Source: the human T2T-CHM13v2.0 reference genome, Homo sapiens. Taken from it: a stretch of 64,000 nucleotides of DNA. Shown here piece by piece: positions 26,001-41,600 of the stretch (the first letter of the stretch is position 1; each line of letters starts with the position of its first letter). Under the pieces are notes generated by a model. It was given only the letters and a program-made list of their open reading frames with translations. It searched no databases and was not told the DNA's origin. A program made the translations under genes and the position numbers. The stretch is taken from the NCBI RefSeq assembly GCF_009914755.1, contig NC_060942.1. The stretch is one strand, 5' to 3'.

Positions 26001-29000
26001 TAAGAGAATTGAACCACCGTTTTGAAGGAGCAGTTTTGAAACTCTCTTTTTCTGGAATCTGCAAGTGGATATTTGGCTAGCTTTGGGGATTTCGCTGGAA
26101 GCGGGAATACATATAAAAAGCACACAGCAGCGTTCTGAGAAACTGCTTTCTGATGTTTGCATTCAAGTCAAAAGTTGAACACTCCCTTTCATAGGGCAGT
26201 CCTGAAACACCCCTTTTGTAGTATCTGGAACTGGACTTTTGGAGCGATTTCAGGGCTAAGGTGAAAAAGGAAATATCTTCCCATAAAAACTGGACAGAAG
26301 CATTCTCAGAAACTTGTTTATGCTGTATCTACTCAACTAACAAAGTTGAACCTTTCTTTTGATAGAGCAGTTTTGAAATGGTCTTTTTGTGGAATCTGCA
26401 AGTGGATATTTGGCTAGTTTTGAGGATTTCGTTGGAAGCGGGAATTCATACAAATTGCAGACTGCAGCGTTCTGAGAAACATCTTTGTGATGTTTGTATT
26501 CAGGACACAGAGTTGAACATTCCCTATCATAGAGCAGGTTGGAATCACTCCTTTTGTAGTATCTGGAAGTGGACATTTGGAGCGCTTTCAGGCCTATTTT
26601 GGAAAGGGAAATATCTTCCCGTAACAACTATGCAGAAGCATTCTCAGAAACTTGTTTGTGATGTGTGCCCTCTACTGACAGAGTTGAACCTTTCTTTTCA
26701 TAGAGCAGTTTTGAAACACTCTTTTTGTAGAATCTGCAAGAGGATATTTGCATAGCTTTGAGGATTTCGTGGGAAACGGGATTGTCTTCAGGTAAAATCT
26801 AGACAGAAGCATTCTCAGAAACTTCTTTGGGATGTTTGCATTCAAGTCACAGAGTAGAACATTCCCTTTGGTAGAGCAGGTTTGAAACACTCTTTTTGTA
26901 GTATCTGGAAGTGGACATTTGGAGCGCTTTCAGGCCCATGTTGGAAAGGGAAATATCTTCCCGTAACAACTAGGCAGAAGCATTCTCAGAAACTTATTTG
27001 AGATGTGTGTACTCAACTAAGAGAATTGAACCACCGTTTTGAAGGAGCAGTTTTGAAACACTCTTTTTCTGGAATCTGCAAGAGTATATTTGCCTAGCCT
27101 TGAGGATTTCGTTGGAAACGGGATTGTCTTCAGAGAAAATCTAGACAGAAGCATTCTCAGAAACTTCTTTGGGATGCTTGCATTCAAGTCACAGAGTAGA
27201 ACATTCCCTTTGGTAGAGCAGGTTTGAAACACTCTTTTTTTAGTATCTGGAAGTGGACATTTGGAGCGCTTTCAGGCCTACGTTGGAAAAGGAAATATCT
27301 TCCCATAACAACTAGACAGAAGCATTCTCAGAAACTAGTTTCTGATGTGTGTCCTCAACTAACACAGTTGAACATTTCTTTAGACAGAACAGTTTTGAAA
27401 CACTCTTTTTGTGGAATCTGCAAGTGGCTATTTGGCTAGATTTGAGGATTTCGTTGGAAACGGGATTACATATAAAAAGCAGTCAGCAGCATTCTCAGAA
27501 AGTTCTTTGTGATGATTGCATTCAAGTCACAGAATTGAACATTCCCTTTCACAGAGCAGGTTTGAAACACTCTTTTTGTAGTGTGTGTAAGTGGACATTT
27601 GGAGCACTTACCGGCCTAAGGTGAAAAAGGAAATAATCTTCCCATAAAAACTAGACAGAAGCATTCTCAGAAACTTACTCGTGATGTGTGTCCTCAACTA
27701 AAGGAGTAGAACCTTTCTTTTCATAGAGAAGTTTTGAAACGCTCTTTTTGTGGAATCTGCAAGTGGATATTTGGCTAGTTTTGAGGATTTCGTTGGAAGC
27801 GGGAATTCATACAAATTGCAGACTGCAGCGTTCTGAGAAACATCTTTGTGATGTTTGTATTCGGGACACAGAGTTGAACATTCCCTATCATAGAGCAGGT
27901 TTGAATCACTCCTTTTGTAGTATCTGGAAGTGGACATTTGGAGCGCTTTCAGGCCTATGTTGGAAAAGGAAATATCTTCCCATAACAACTAGACAGAAGC
28001 ATTCTCAGAAACTTATTTGAGATGTGTGTACTCAACTAAGAGAATTGAACCACCGTTTTGAAGGAGCAGTTTTGAAACTCTCTTTTTCTGGAATCTGCAA
28101 GTGGATATTTGGCTAGCTTTGGGGATTTCGCTGGAAGCGGGAATACATATAAAAAGCACACAGCAGCGTTCTGAGAAACTGCTTTCTGATGTTTGCATTC
28201 AAGTCAAAAGTTGAACACTCCCTTTCATAGGGCAGTCCTGAAACACCCCTTTTGTAGTATCTGGAACTGGACTTTTGGAGCGATTTCAGGGCTAAGGTGA
28301 AAAAGGAAATATCTTCCCATAAAAACTGGACAGAAGCATTCTCAGAAACTTGTTTATGCTGTATCTACTCAACTAACAAAGTTGAACCTTTCTTTTGATA
28401 GAGCAGTTTTGAAATGGTCTTTTTGTGGAATCTGCAAGTGGATATTTGGCTAGTTTTGAGGATTTCGTTGGAAGCGGGAATTCATACAAATTGCAGACTG
28501 CAGCGTTCTGAGAAACATCTTTGTGATGTTTGTATTCAGGACACAGAGTTGAACATTCCCTATCATAGAGCAGGTTGGAATCACTCCTTTTGTAGTATCT
28601 GGAAGTGGACATTTGGAGCGCTTTCAGGCCTATTTTGGAAAGGGAAATATCTTCCCGTAACAACTATGCAGAAGCATTCTCAGAAACTTGTTTGTGATGT
28701 GTGCCCTCTACTGACAGAGTTGAACCTTTCTTTTCATAGAGCAGTTTTGAAACACTCTTTTTGTAGAATCTGCAAGAGGATATTTGCATAGCTTTGAGGA
28801 TTTCGTGGGAAACGGGATTGTCTTCAGGTAAAATCTAGACAGAAGCATTCTCAGAAACTTCTTTGGGATGTTTGCATTCAAGTCACAGAGTAGAACATTC
28901 CCTTTGGTAGAGCAGGTTTGAAACACTCTTTTTGTAGTATCTGGAAGTGGACATTTGGAGCGCTTTCAGGCCCATGTTGGAAAGGGAAATATCTTCCCGT

Positions 29001-32000
29001 AACAACTAGGCAGAAGCATTCTCAGAAACTTATTTGAGATGTGTGTACTCAACTAAGAGAATTGAACCACCGTTTTGAAGGAGCAGTTTTGAAACACTCT
29101 TTTTCTGGAATCTGCAAGAGTATATTTGCCTAGCCTTGAGGATTTCGTTGGAAACGGGATTGTCTTCAGAGAAAATCTAGACAGAAGCATTCTCAGAAAC
29201 TTCTTTGGGATGCTTGCATTCAAGTCACAGAGTAGAACATTCCCTTTGGTAGAGCAGGTTTGAAACACTCTTTTTTTAGTATCTGGAAGTGGACATTTGG
29301 AGCGCTTTCAGGCCTACGTTGGAAAAGGAAATATCTTCCCATAACAACTAGACAGAAGCATTCTCAGAAACTAGTTTCTGATGTGTGTCCTCAACTAACA
29401 CAGTTGAACATTTCTTTAGACAGAACAGTTTTGAAACACTCTTTTTGTGGAATCTGCAAGTGGCTATTTGGCTAGATTTGAGGATTTCGTTGGAAACGGG
29501 ATTACATATAAAAAGCAGTCAGCAGCATTCTCAGAAAGTTCTTTGTGATGATTGCATTCAAGTCACAGAATTGAACATTCCCTTTCACAGAGCAGGTTTG
29601 AAACACTCTTTTTGTAGTGTGTGTAAGTGGACATTTGGAGCACTTACCGGCCTAAGGTGAAAAAGGAAATAATCTTCCCATAAAAACTAGACAGAAGCAT
29701 TCTCAGAAACTTACTCGTGATGTGTGTCCTCAACTAAAGGAGTAGAACCTTTCTTTTCATAGAGAAGTTTTGAAACGCTCTTTTTGTGGAATCTGCAAGT
29801 GGATATTTGGCTAGTTTTGAGGATTTCGTTGGAAGCGGGAATTCATACAAATTGCAGACTGCAGCGTTCTGAGAAACATCTTTGTGATGTTTGTATTCGG
29901 GACACAGAGTTGAACATTCCCTATCATAGAGCAGGTTTGAATCACTCCTTTTGTAGTATCTGGAAGTGGACATTTGGAGCGCTTTCAGGCCTATGTTGGA
30001 AAAGGAAATATCTTCCCATAACAACTAGACAGAAGCATTCTCAGAAACTTATTTGAGATGTGTGTACTCAACTAAGAGAATTGAACCACCGTTTTGAAGG
30101 AGCAGTTTTGAAACTCTCTTTTTCTGGAATCTGCAAGTGGATATTTGGCTAGCTTTGGGGATTTCGCTGGAAGCGGGAATACATATAAAAAGCACACAGC
30201 AGCGTTCTGAGAAACTGCTTTCTGATGTTTGCATTCAAGTCAAAAGTTGAACACTCCCTTTCATAGGGCAGTCCTGAAACACCCCTTTTGTAGTATCTGG
30301 AACTGGACTTTTGGAGCGATTTCAGGGCTAAGGTGAAAAAGGAAATATCTTCCCATAAAAACTGGACAGAAGCATTCTCAGAAACTTGTTTATGCTGTAT
30401 CTACTCAACTAACAAAGTTGAACCTTTCTTTTGATAGAGCAGTTTTGAAATGGTCTTTTTGTGGAATCTGCAAGTGGATATTTGGCTAGTTTTGAGGATT
30501 TCGTTGGAAGCGGGAATTCATACAAATTGCAGACTGCAGCGTTCTGAGAAACATCTTTGTGATGTTTGTATTCAGGACACAGAGTTGAACATTCCCTATC
30601 ATAGAGCAGGTTGGAATCACTCCTTTTGTAGTATCTGGAAGTGGACATTTGGAGCGCTTTCAGGCCTATTTTGGAAAGGGAAATATCTTCCCGTAACAAC
30701 TATGCAGAAGCATTCTCAGAAACTTGTTTGTGATGTGTGCCCTCTACTGACAGAGTTGAACCTTTCTTTTCATAGAGCAGTTTTGAAACACTCTTTTTGT
30801 AGAATCTGCAAGAGGATATTTGCATAGCTTTGAGGATTTCGTGGGAAACGGGATTGTCTTCAGGTAAAATCTAGACAGAAGCATTCTCAGAAACTTCTTT
30901 GGGATGTTTGCATTCAAGTCACAGAGTAGAACATTCCCTTTGGTAGAGCAGGTTTGAAACACTCTTTTTGTAGTATCTGGAAGTGGACATTTGGAGCGCT
31001 TTCAGGCCCATGTTGGAAAGGGAAATATCTTCCCGTAACAACTAGGCAGAAGCATTCTCAGAAACTTATTTGAGATGTGTGTACTCAACTAAGAGAATTG
31101 AACCACCGTTTTGAAGGAGCAGTTTTGAAACACTCTTTTTCTGCAATCTGCAAGAGTATATTTGCCTAGCCTTGAGGATTTCGTTGGAAACGGGATTGTC
31201 TTCAGAGAAAATCTAGACAGAAGCATTCTCAGAAACTTCTTTGGGATGCTTGCATTCAAGTCACAGAGTAGAACATTCCCTTTGGTAGAGCAGGTTTGAA
31301 ACACTCTTTTTTTAGTATCTGGAAGTGGACATTTGGAGCGCTTTCAGGCCTACGTTGGAAAAGGAAATATCTTCCCATAACAACTAGACAGAAGCATTCT
31401 CAGAAACTAGTTTCTGATGTGTGTCCTCAACTAACACAGTTGAACATTTCTTTAGACAGAACAGTTTTGAAACACTCTTTTTGTGGAATCTGCAAGTGGC
31501 TATTTGGCTAGATTTGAGGATTTCGTTGGAAACGGGATTACATATAAAAAGCAGTCAGCAGCATTCTCAGAAAGTTCTTTGTGATGATTGCATTCAAGTC
31601 ACAGAATTGAACATTCCCTTTCACAGAGCAGGTTTGAAACACTCTTTTTGTAGTGTGTGTAAGTGGACATTTGGAGCACTTACCGGCCTAAGGTGAAAAA
31701 GGAAATAATCTTCCCATAAAAACTAGACAGAAGCATTCTCAGAAACTTACTCGTGATGTGTGTCCTCAACTAAAGGAGTAGAACCTTTCTTTTCATAGAG
31801 AAGTTTTGAAACGCTCTTTTTGTGGAATCTGCAAGTGGATATTTGGCTAGTTTTGAGGATTTCGTTGGAAGCGGGAATTCATACAAATTGCAGACTGCAG
31901 CGTTCTGAGAAACATCTTTGTGATGTTTGTATTCAGGACACAGAGTTGAACATTCCCTATCATAGAGCAGGTTTGAATCACTCCTTTTGTAGTATCTGGA

Positions 32001-35000
32001 AGTGGACATTTGGAGCGCTTTCAGGCCTATGTTGGAAAAGGAAATATCTTCCCATAACAACTAGACAGAAGCATTCTCAGAAACTTATTTGAGATGTGTG
32101 TACTCAACTAAGAGAATTGAACCACCGTTTTGAAGGAGCAGTTTTGAAACTCTCTTTTTCTGGAATCTGCAAGTGGATATTTGGCTAGCTTTGGGGATTT
32201 CGCTGGAAGCGGGAATACATATAAAAAGCACACAGCAGCGTTCTGAGAAACTGCTTTCTGATGTTTGCATTCAAGTCAAAAGTTGAACACTCCCTTTCAT
32301 AGAGCAGTCCTGAAACACCCCTTTTGTAGTATCTGGAACTGGACTTTTGGAGCGATTTCAGGGCTAAGGTGAAAAAGGAAATATCTTCCCATAAAAACTG
32401 GACAGAAGCATTCTCAGAAACTTGTTTATGCTGTATCTACTCAACTAACAAAGTTGAACCTTTCTTTTGATAGAGCAGTTTTGAAATGGTCTTTTTGTGG
32501 AATCTGCAAGTGGATATTTGGCTAGTTTTGAGGATTTCGTTGGAAGCGGGAATTCATACAAATTGCAGACTGCAGCGTTCTGAGAAACATCTTTGTGATG
32601 TTTGTATTCAGGACACAGAGTTGAACATTCCCTATCATAGAGCAGGTTGGAATCACTCCTTTTGTAGTATCTGGAAGTGGACATTTGGAGCGCTTTCAGG
32701 CCTATTTTGGAAAGGGAAATATCTTCCCGTAACAACTATGCAGAAGCATTCTCAGAAACTTGTTTGTGATGTGTGCCCTCTACTGACAGAGTTGAACCTT
32801 TCTTTTCATAGAGCAGTTTTGAAACACTCTTTTTGTAGAATCTGCAAGAGGATATTTGCATAGCTTTGAGGATTTCGTGGGAAACGGGATTGTCTTCAGG
32901 TAAAATCTAGACAGAAGCATTCTCAGAAACTTCTTTGGGATGTTTGCATTCAAGTCACAGAGTAGAACATTCCCTTTGGTAGAGCAGGTTTGAAACACTC
33001 TTTTTGTAGTATCTGGAAGTGGACATTTGGAGCGCTTTCAGGCCCATGTTGGAAAGGGAAATATCTTCCCGTAACAACTAGGCAGAAGCATTCTCAGAAA
33101 CTTATTTGAGATGTGTGTACTCAACTAAGAGAATTGAACCACCGTTTTGAAGGAGCAGTTTTGAAACACTCTTTTTCTGGAATCTGCAAGAGTATATTTG
33201 CCTAGCCTTGAGGATTTCGTTGGAAACGGGATTGTCTTCAGAGAAAATCTAGACAGAAGCATTCTCAGAAACTTCTTTGGGATGCTTGCATTCAAGTCAC
33301 AGAGTAGAACATTCCCTTTGGTAGAGCAGGTTTGAAACACTCTTTTTGTAGTATCTGGAAGTGGACATTTGGAGCGCTTTCAGGCCTACGTTGGAAAAGG
33401 AAATATCTTCCCATAACAACTAGACAGAAGCATTCTCAGAAACTAGTTTCTGATGTGTGTCCTCAACTAACACAGTTGAACATTTCTTTAGACAGAACAG
33501 TTTTGAAACACTCTTTTTGTGGAATCTGCAAGTGGCTATTTGGCTAGATTTGAGGATTTCGTTGGAAACGGGATTACATATAAAAAGCAGTCAGCAGCAT
33601 TCTCAGAAAGTTCTTTGTGATGATTGCATTCAAGTCACAGAATTGAACATTCCCTTTCACAGAGCAGGTTTGAAACACTCTTTTTGTAGTGTGTGTAAGT
33701 GGACATTTGGAGCACTTACCGGCCTAAGGTGAAAAAGGAAATAATCTTCCCATAAAAACTAGACAGAAGCATTCTCAGAAACTTACTCGTGATGTGTGTC
33801 CTCAACTAAAGGAGTAGAACCTTTCTTTTCATAGAGAAGTTTTGAAACGCTCTTTTTGTGGAATCTGCAAGTGGATATTTGGCTAGTTTTGAGGATTTCG
33901 TTGGAAGCGGGAATTCATACAAATTGCAGACTGCAGCGTTCTGAGAAACATCTTTGTGATGTTTGTATTCGGGACACAGAGTTGAACATTCCCTATCATA
34001 GAGCAGGTTTGAATCACTCCTTTTGTAGTATCTGGAAGTGGACATTTGGAGCGCTTTCAGGCCTATGTTGGAAAAGGAAATATCTTCCCATAACAACTAG
34101 ACAGAAGCATTCTCAGAAACTTATTTGAGATGTGTGTACTCAACTAAGAGAATTGAACCACCGTTTTGAAGGAGCAGTTTTGAAACTCTCTTTTTCTGGA
34201 ATCTGCAAGTGGATATTTGGCTAGCTTTGGGGATTTCGCTGGAAGCGGGAATACATATAAAAAGCACACAGCAGCGTTCTGAGAAACTGCTTTCTGATGT
34301 TTGCATTCAAGTCAAAAGTTGAACACTCCCTTTCATAGAGCAGTCCTGAAACACCCCTTTTGTAGTATCTGGAACTGGACTTTTGGAGCGATTTCAGGGC
34401 TAAGGTGAAAAAGGAAATATCTTCCCATAAAAACTGGACAGAAGCATTCTCAGAAACTTGTTTATGCTGTATCTACTCAACTAACAAAGTTGAACCTTTC
34501 TTTTGATAGAGCAGTTTTGAAATGGTCTTTTTGTGGAATCTGCAAGTGGATATTTGGCTAGTTTTGAGGATTTCGTTGGAAGCGGGAATTCATACAAATT
34601 GCAGACTGCAGCGTTCTGAGAAACATCTTTGTGATGTTTGTATTCAGGACACAGAGTTGAACATTCCCTATCATAGAGCAGGTTGGAATCACTCCTTTTG
34701 TAGTATCTGGAAGTGGACATTTGGAGCGCTTTCAGGCCTATTTTGGAAAGGGAAATATCTTCCCGTAACAACTATGCAGAAGCATTCTCAGAAACTTGTT
34801 TGTGATGTGTGCCCTCTACTGACAGAGTTGAACCTTTCTTTTCATAGAGCAGTTTTGAAACACTCTTTTTGTAGAATCTGCAAGAGGATATTTGCATAGC
34901 TTTGAGGATTTCGTGGGAAACGGGATTGTCTTCAGGTAAAATCTAGACAGAAGCATTCTCAGAAACTTCTTTGGGATGTTTGCATTCAAGTCACAGAGTA

Positions 35001-36648
35001 GAACATTCCCTTTGGTAGAGCAGGTTTGAAACACTCTTTTTGTAGTATCTGGAAGTGGACATTTGGAGCGCTTTCAGGCCCATGTTGGAAAGGGAAATAT
35101 CTTCCCGTAACAACTAGGCAGAAGCATTCTCAGAAACTTATTTGAGATGTGTGTACTCAACTAAGAGAATTGAACCACCGTTTTGAAGGAGCAGTTTTGA
35201 AACACTCTTTTTCTGGAATCTGCAAGAGTATATTTGCCTAGCCTTGAGGATTTCGTTGGAAACGGGATTGTCTTCAGAGAAAATCTAGACAGAAGCATTC
35301 TCAGAAACTTCTTTGGGATGCTTGCATTCAAGTCACAGAGTAGAACATTCCCTTTGGTAGAGCAGGTTTGAAACACTCTTTTTTTAGTATCTGGAAGTGG
35401 ACATTTGGAGCGCTTTCAGGCCTACGTTGGAAAAGGAAATATCTTCCCATAACAACTAGACAGAAGCATTCTCAGAAACTAGTTTCTGATGTGTGTCCTC
35501 AACTAACACAGTTGAACATTTCTTTAGACAGAACAGTTTTGAAACACTCTTTTTGTGGAATCTGCAAGTGGCTATTTGGCTAGATTTGAGGATTTCGTTG
35601 GAAACGGGATTACATATAAAAAGCAGTCAGCAGCATTCTCAGAAAGTTCTTTGTGATGATTGCATTCAAGTCACAGAATTGAACATTCCCTTTCACAGAG
35701 CAGGTTTGAAACACTCTTTTTGTAGTGTGTGTAAGTGGACATTTGGAGCACTTACCGGCCTAAGGTGAAAAAGGAAATAATCTTCCCATAAAAACTAGAC
35801 AGAAGCATTCTCAGAAACTTACTCGTGATGTGTGTCCTCAACTAAAGGAGTAGAACCTTTCTTTTCATAGAGAAGTTTTGAAACGCTCTTTTTGTGGAAT
35901 CTGCAAGTGGATATTTGGCTAGTTTTGAGGATTTCGTTGGAAGCGGGAATTCATACAAATTGCAGACTGCAGCGTTCTGAGAAACATCTTTGTGATGTTT
36001 GTATTCGGGACACAGAGTTGAACATTCCCTATCATAGAGCAGGTTTGAATCACTCCTTTTGTAGTATCTGGAAGTGGACATTTGGAGCGCTTTCAGGCCT
36101 ATGTTGGAAAAGGAAATATCTTCCCATAACAACTAGACAGAAGCATTCTCAGAAACTTATTTGAGATGTGTGTACTCAACTAAGAGAATTGAACCACCGT
36201 TTTGAAGGAGCAGTTTTGAAACTCTCTTTTTCTGGAATCTGCAAGTGGATATTTGGCTAGCTTTGGGGATTTCGCTGGAAGCGGGAATACATATAAAAAG
36301 CACACAGCAGCGTTCTGAGAAACTGCTTTCTGATGTTTGCATTCAAGTCAAAAGTTGAACACTCCCTTTCATAGAGCAGTCCTGAAACACCCCTTTTGTA
36401 GTATCTGGAACTGGACTTTTGGAGCGATTTCAGGGCTAAGGTGAAAAAGGAAATATCTTCCCATAAAAACTGGACAGAAGCATTCTCAGAAACTTGTTTA
36501 TGCTGTATCTACTCAACTAACAAAGTTGAACCTTTCTTTTGATAGAGCAGTTTTGAAATGGTCTTTTTGTGGAATCTGCAAGTGGATATTTGGCTAGTTT
36601 TGAGGATTTCGTTGGAAGCGGGAATTCATACAAATTGCAGACTGCAGC

Positions 36649-38683
36649 GTTCTGAGAAACATCTTTGTGATGTTTGTATTCAGGACACAGAGTTGAACAT
36701 TCCCTATCATAGAGCAGGTTGGAATCACTCCTTTTGTAGTATCTGGAAGTGGACATTTGGAGCGCTTTCAGGCCTATTTTGGAAAGGGAAATATCTTCCC
36801 GTAACAACTATGCAGAAGCATTCTCAGAAACTTGTTTGTGATGTGTGCCCTCTACTGACAGAGTTGAACCTTTCTTTTCATAGAGCAGTTTTGAAACACT
36901 CTTTTTGTAGAATCTGCAAGAGGATATTTGCATAGCTTTGAGGATTTCGTGGGAAACGGGATTGTCTTCAGGTAAAATCTAGACAGAAGCATTCTCAGAA
37001 ACTTCTTTGGGATGTTTGCATTCAAGTCACAGAGTAGAACATTCCCTTTGGTAGAGCAGGTTTGAAACACTCTTTTTGTAGTATCTGGAAGTGGACATTT
37101 GGAGCGCTTTCAGGCCCATGTTGGAAAGGGAAATATCTTCCCGTAACAACTAGGCAGAAGCATTCTCAGAAACTTATTTGAGATGTGTGTACTCAACTAA
37201 GAGAATTGAACCACCGTTTTGAAGGAGCAGTTTTGAAACACTCTTTTTCTGGAATCTGCAAGAGTATATTTGCCTAGCCTTGAGGATTTCGTTGGAAACG
37301 GGATTGTCTTCAGAGAAAATCTAGACAGAAGCATTCTCAGAAACTTCTTTGGGATGCTTGCATTCAAGTCACAGAGTAGAACATTCCCTTTGGTAGAGCA
37401 GGTTTGAAACACTCTTTTTGTAGTATCTGGAAGTGGACATTTGGAGCGCTTTCAGGCCTACGTTGGAAAAGGAAATATCTTCCCATAACAACTAGACAGA
37501 AGCATTCTCAGAAACTAGTTTCTGATGTGTGTCCTCAACTAACACAGTTGAACATTTCTTTAGACAGAACAGTTTTGAAACACTCTTTTTGTGGAATCTG
37601 CAAGTGGCTATTTGGCTAGATTTGAGGATTTCGTTGGAAACGGGATTACATATAAAAAGCAGTCAGCGGCATTCTCAGAAAGTTCTTTGTGATGATTGCA
37701 TTCAAGTCACAGAATTGAACATTCCCTTTCACAGAGCAGGTTTGAAACACTCTTTTTGTAGTGTGTGTAAGTGGACATTTGGAGCACTTACCGGCCTAAG
37801 GTGAAAAAGGAAATATCTTCCCATAAAAACTAGACAGAAGCATTCTCAGAAACTTACTCGTGATGTGTGTCCTCAACTAAAGGAGTAGAACCTTTCTTTT
37901 CATAGAGAAGTTTTGAAACGCTCTTTTTGTGGAATCTGCAAGTGGATATTTGGCTAGTTTTGAGGATTTCGTTGGAAGCGGGAATTCATACAAATTGCAG
38001 ACTGCAGCGTTCTGAGAAACATCTTTGTGATGTTTGTATTCGGGACACAGAGTTGAACATTCCCTATCATAGAGCAGGTTTGAATCACTCCTTTTGTAGT
38101 ATCTGGAAGTGGACATTTGGAGCGCTTTCAGGCCTATGTTGGAAAAGGAAATATCTTCCCATAACAACTAGACAGAAGCATTCTCAGAAACTTATTTGAG
38201 ATGTGTGTACTCAACTAAGAGAATTGAACCACCGTTTTGAAGGAGCAGTTTTGAAACTCTCTTTTTCTGGAATCTGCAAGTGGATATTTGGCTAGCTTTG
38301 GGGATTTCGCTGGAAGCGGGAATACATATAAAAAGCACACAGCAGCGTTCTGAGAAACTGCTTTCTGATGTTTGCATTCAAGTCAAAAGTTGAACACTCC
38401 CTTTCATAGAGCAGTCCTGAAACACCCCTTTTGTAGTATCTGGAACTGGACTTTTGGAGCGATTTCAGGGCTAAGGTGAAAAAGGAAATATCTTCCCATA
38501 AAAACTGGACAGAAGCATTCTCAGAAACTTGTTTATGCTGTATCTACTCAACTAACAAAGTTGAACCTTTCTTTTGATAGAGCAGTTTTGAAATGGTCTT
38601 TTTGTGGAATCTGCAAGTGGATATTTGGCTAGTTTTGAGGATTTCGTTGGAAGCGGGAATTCATACAAATTGCAGACTGCAGC
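36649..38683 (+). repeat. HOR copy 19, the only length variant (2035 bp)
   Basis: It reads GGAAATATCTTCCC at 37809-37822 instead of GGAAATAATCTTCCC; all downstream ORF coordinates shift by -1. Confidence 0.96.
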
Positions 38684-41600
38684 GTTCTGAGAAACATCTT
38701 TGTGATGTTTGTATTCAGGACACAGAGTTGAACATTCCCTATCATAGAGCAGGTTGGAATCACTCCTTTTGTAGTATCTGGAAGTGGACATTTGGAGCGC
38801 TTTCAGGCCTATTTTGGAAAGGGAAATATCTTCCCGTAACAACTATGCAGAAGCATTCTCAGAAACTTGTTTGTGATGTGTGCCCTCTACTGACAGAGTT
38901 GAACCTTTCTTTTCATAGAGCAGTTTTGAAACACTCTTTTTGTAGAATCTGCAAGAGGATATTTGCATAGCTTTGAGGATTTCGTGGGAAACGGGATTGT
39001 CTTCAGGTAAAATCTAGACAGAAGCATTCTCAGAAACTTCTTTGGGATGTTTGCATTCAAGTCACAGAGTAGAACATTCCCTTTGGTAGAGCAGGTTTGA
39101 AACACTCTTTTTGTAGTATCTGGAAGTGGACATTTGGAGCGCTTTCAGGCCCATGTTGGAAAGGGAAATATCTTCCCGTAACAACTAGGCAGAAGCATTC
39201 TCAGAAACTTATTTGAGATGTGTGTACTCAACTAAGAGAATTGAACCACCGTTTTGAAGGAGCAGTTTTGAAACACTCTTTTTCTGGAATCTGCAAGAGG
39301 ATATTTGCCTAGCCTTGAGGATTTCGTTGGAAACGGGATTGTCTTCAGAGAAAATCTAGACAGAAGCATTCTCAGAAACTTCTTTGGGATGCTTGCATTC
39401 AAGTCACAGAGTAGAACATTCCCTTTGGTAGAGCAGGTTTGAAACACTCTTTTTGTAGTATCTGGAAGTGGACATTTGGAGCGCTTTCAGGCCTACGTTG
39501 GAAAAGGAAATATCTTCCCATAACAACTAGACAGAAGCATTCTCAGAAACTAGTTTCTGATGTGTGTCCTCAACTAACACAGTTGAACATTTCTTTAGAC
39601 AGAACAGTTTTGAAACACTCTTTTTGTGGAATCTGCAAGTGGCTATTTGGCTAGATTTGAGGATTTCGTTGGAAACGGGATTACATATAAAAAGCAGTCA
39701 GCGGCATTCTCAGAAAGTTCTTTGTGATGATTGCATTCAAGTCACAGAATTGAACATTCCCTTTCACAGAGCAGGTTTGAAACACTCTTTTTGTAGTGTG
39801 TGTAAGTGGACATTTGGAGCACTTACCGGCCTAAGGTGAAAAAGGAAATAATCTTCCCATAAAAACTAGACAGAAGCATTCTCAGAAACTTACTCGTGAT
39901 GTGTGTCCTCAACTAAAGGAGTAGAACCTTTCTTTTCATAGAGAAGTTTTGAAACGCTCTTTTTGTGGAATCTGCAAGTGGATATTTGGCTAGTTTTGAG
40001 GATTTCGTTGGAAGCGGGAATTCATACAAATTGCAGACTGCAGCGTTCTGAGAAACATCTTTGTGATGTTTGTATTCGGGACACAGAGTTGAACATTCCC
40101 TATCATAGAGCAGGTTTGAATCACTCCTTTTGTAGTATCTGGAAGTGGACATTTGGAGCGCTTTCAGGCCTATGTTGGAAAAGGAAATATCTTCCCATAA
40201 CAACTAGACAGAAGCATTCTCAGAAACTTATTTGAGATGTGTGTACTCAACTAAGAGAATTGAACCACCGTTTTGAAGGAGCAGTTTTGAAACTCTCTTT
40301 TTCTGGAATCTGCAAGTGGATATTTGGCTAGCTTTGGGGATTTCGCTGGAAGCGGGAATACATATAAAAAGCACACAGCAGCGTTCTGAGAAACTGCTTT
40401 CTGATGTTTGCATTCAAGTCAAAAGTTGAACACTCCCTTTCATAGGGCAGTCCTGAAACACCCCTTTTGTAGTATCTGGAACTGGACTTTTGGAGCGATT
40501 TCAGGGCTAAGGTGAAAAAGGAAATATCTTCCCATAAAAACTGGACAGAAGCATTCTCAGAAACTTGTTTATGCTGTATCTACTCAACTAACAAAGTTGA
40601 ACCTTTCTTTTGATAGAGCAGTTTTGAAATGGTCTTTTTGTGGAATCTGCAAGTGGATATTTGGCTAGTTTTGAGGATTTCGTTGGAAGCGGGAATTCAT
40701 ACAAATTGCAGACTGCAGCGTTCTGAGAAACATCTTTGTGATGTTTGTATTCAGGACACAGAGTTGAACATTCCCTATCATAGAGCAGGTTGGAATCACT
40801 CCTTTTGTAGTATCTGGAAGTGGACATTTGGAGCGCTTTCAGGCCTATTTTGGAAAGGGAAATATCTTCCCGTAACAACTATGCAGAAGCATTCTCAGAA
40901 ACTTGTTTGTGATGTGTGCCCTCTACTGACAGAGTTGAACCTTTCTTTTCATAGAGCAGTTTTGAAACACTCTTTTTGTAGAATCTGCAAGAGGATATTT
41001 GCATAGCTTTGAGGATTTCGTGGGAAACGGGATTGTCTTCAGGTAAAATCTAGACAGAAGCATTCTCAGAAACTTCTTTGGGATGTTTGCATTCAAGTCA
41101 CAGAGTAGAACATTCCCTTTGGTAGAGCAGGTTTGAAACACTCTTTTTGTAGTATCTGGAAGTGGACATTTGGAGCGCTTTCAGGCCCATGTTGGAAAGG
41201 GAAATATCTTCCCGTAACAACTAGGCAGAAGCATTCTCAGAAACTTATTTGAGATGTGTGTACTCAACTAAGAGAATTGAACCACCGTTTTGAAGGAGCA
41301 GTTTTGAAACACTCTTTTTCTGGAATCTGCAAGAGGATATTTGCCTAGCCTTGAGGATTTCGTTGGAAACGGGATTGTCTTCAGAGAAAATCTAGACAGA
41401 AGCATTCTCAGAAACTTCTTTGGGATGCTTGCATTCAAGTCACAGAGTAGAACATTCCCTTTGGTAGAGCAGGTTTGAAACACTCTTTTTTTAGTATCTG
41501 GAAGTGGACATTTGGAGCGCTTTCAGGCCTACGTTGGAAAAGGAAATATCTTCCCATAACAACTAGACAGAAGCATTCTCAGAAACTAGTTTCTGATGTG

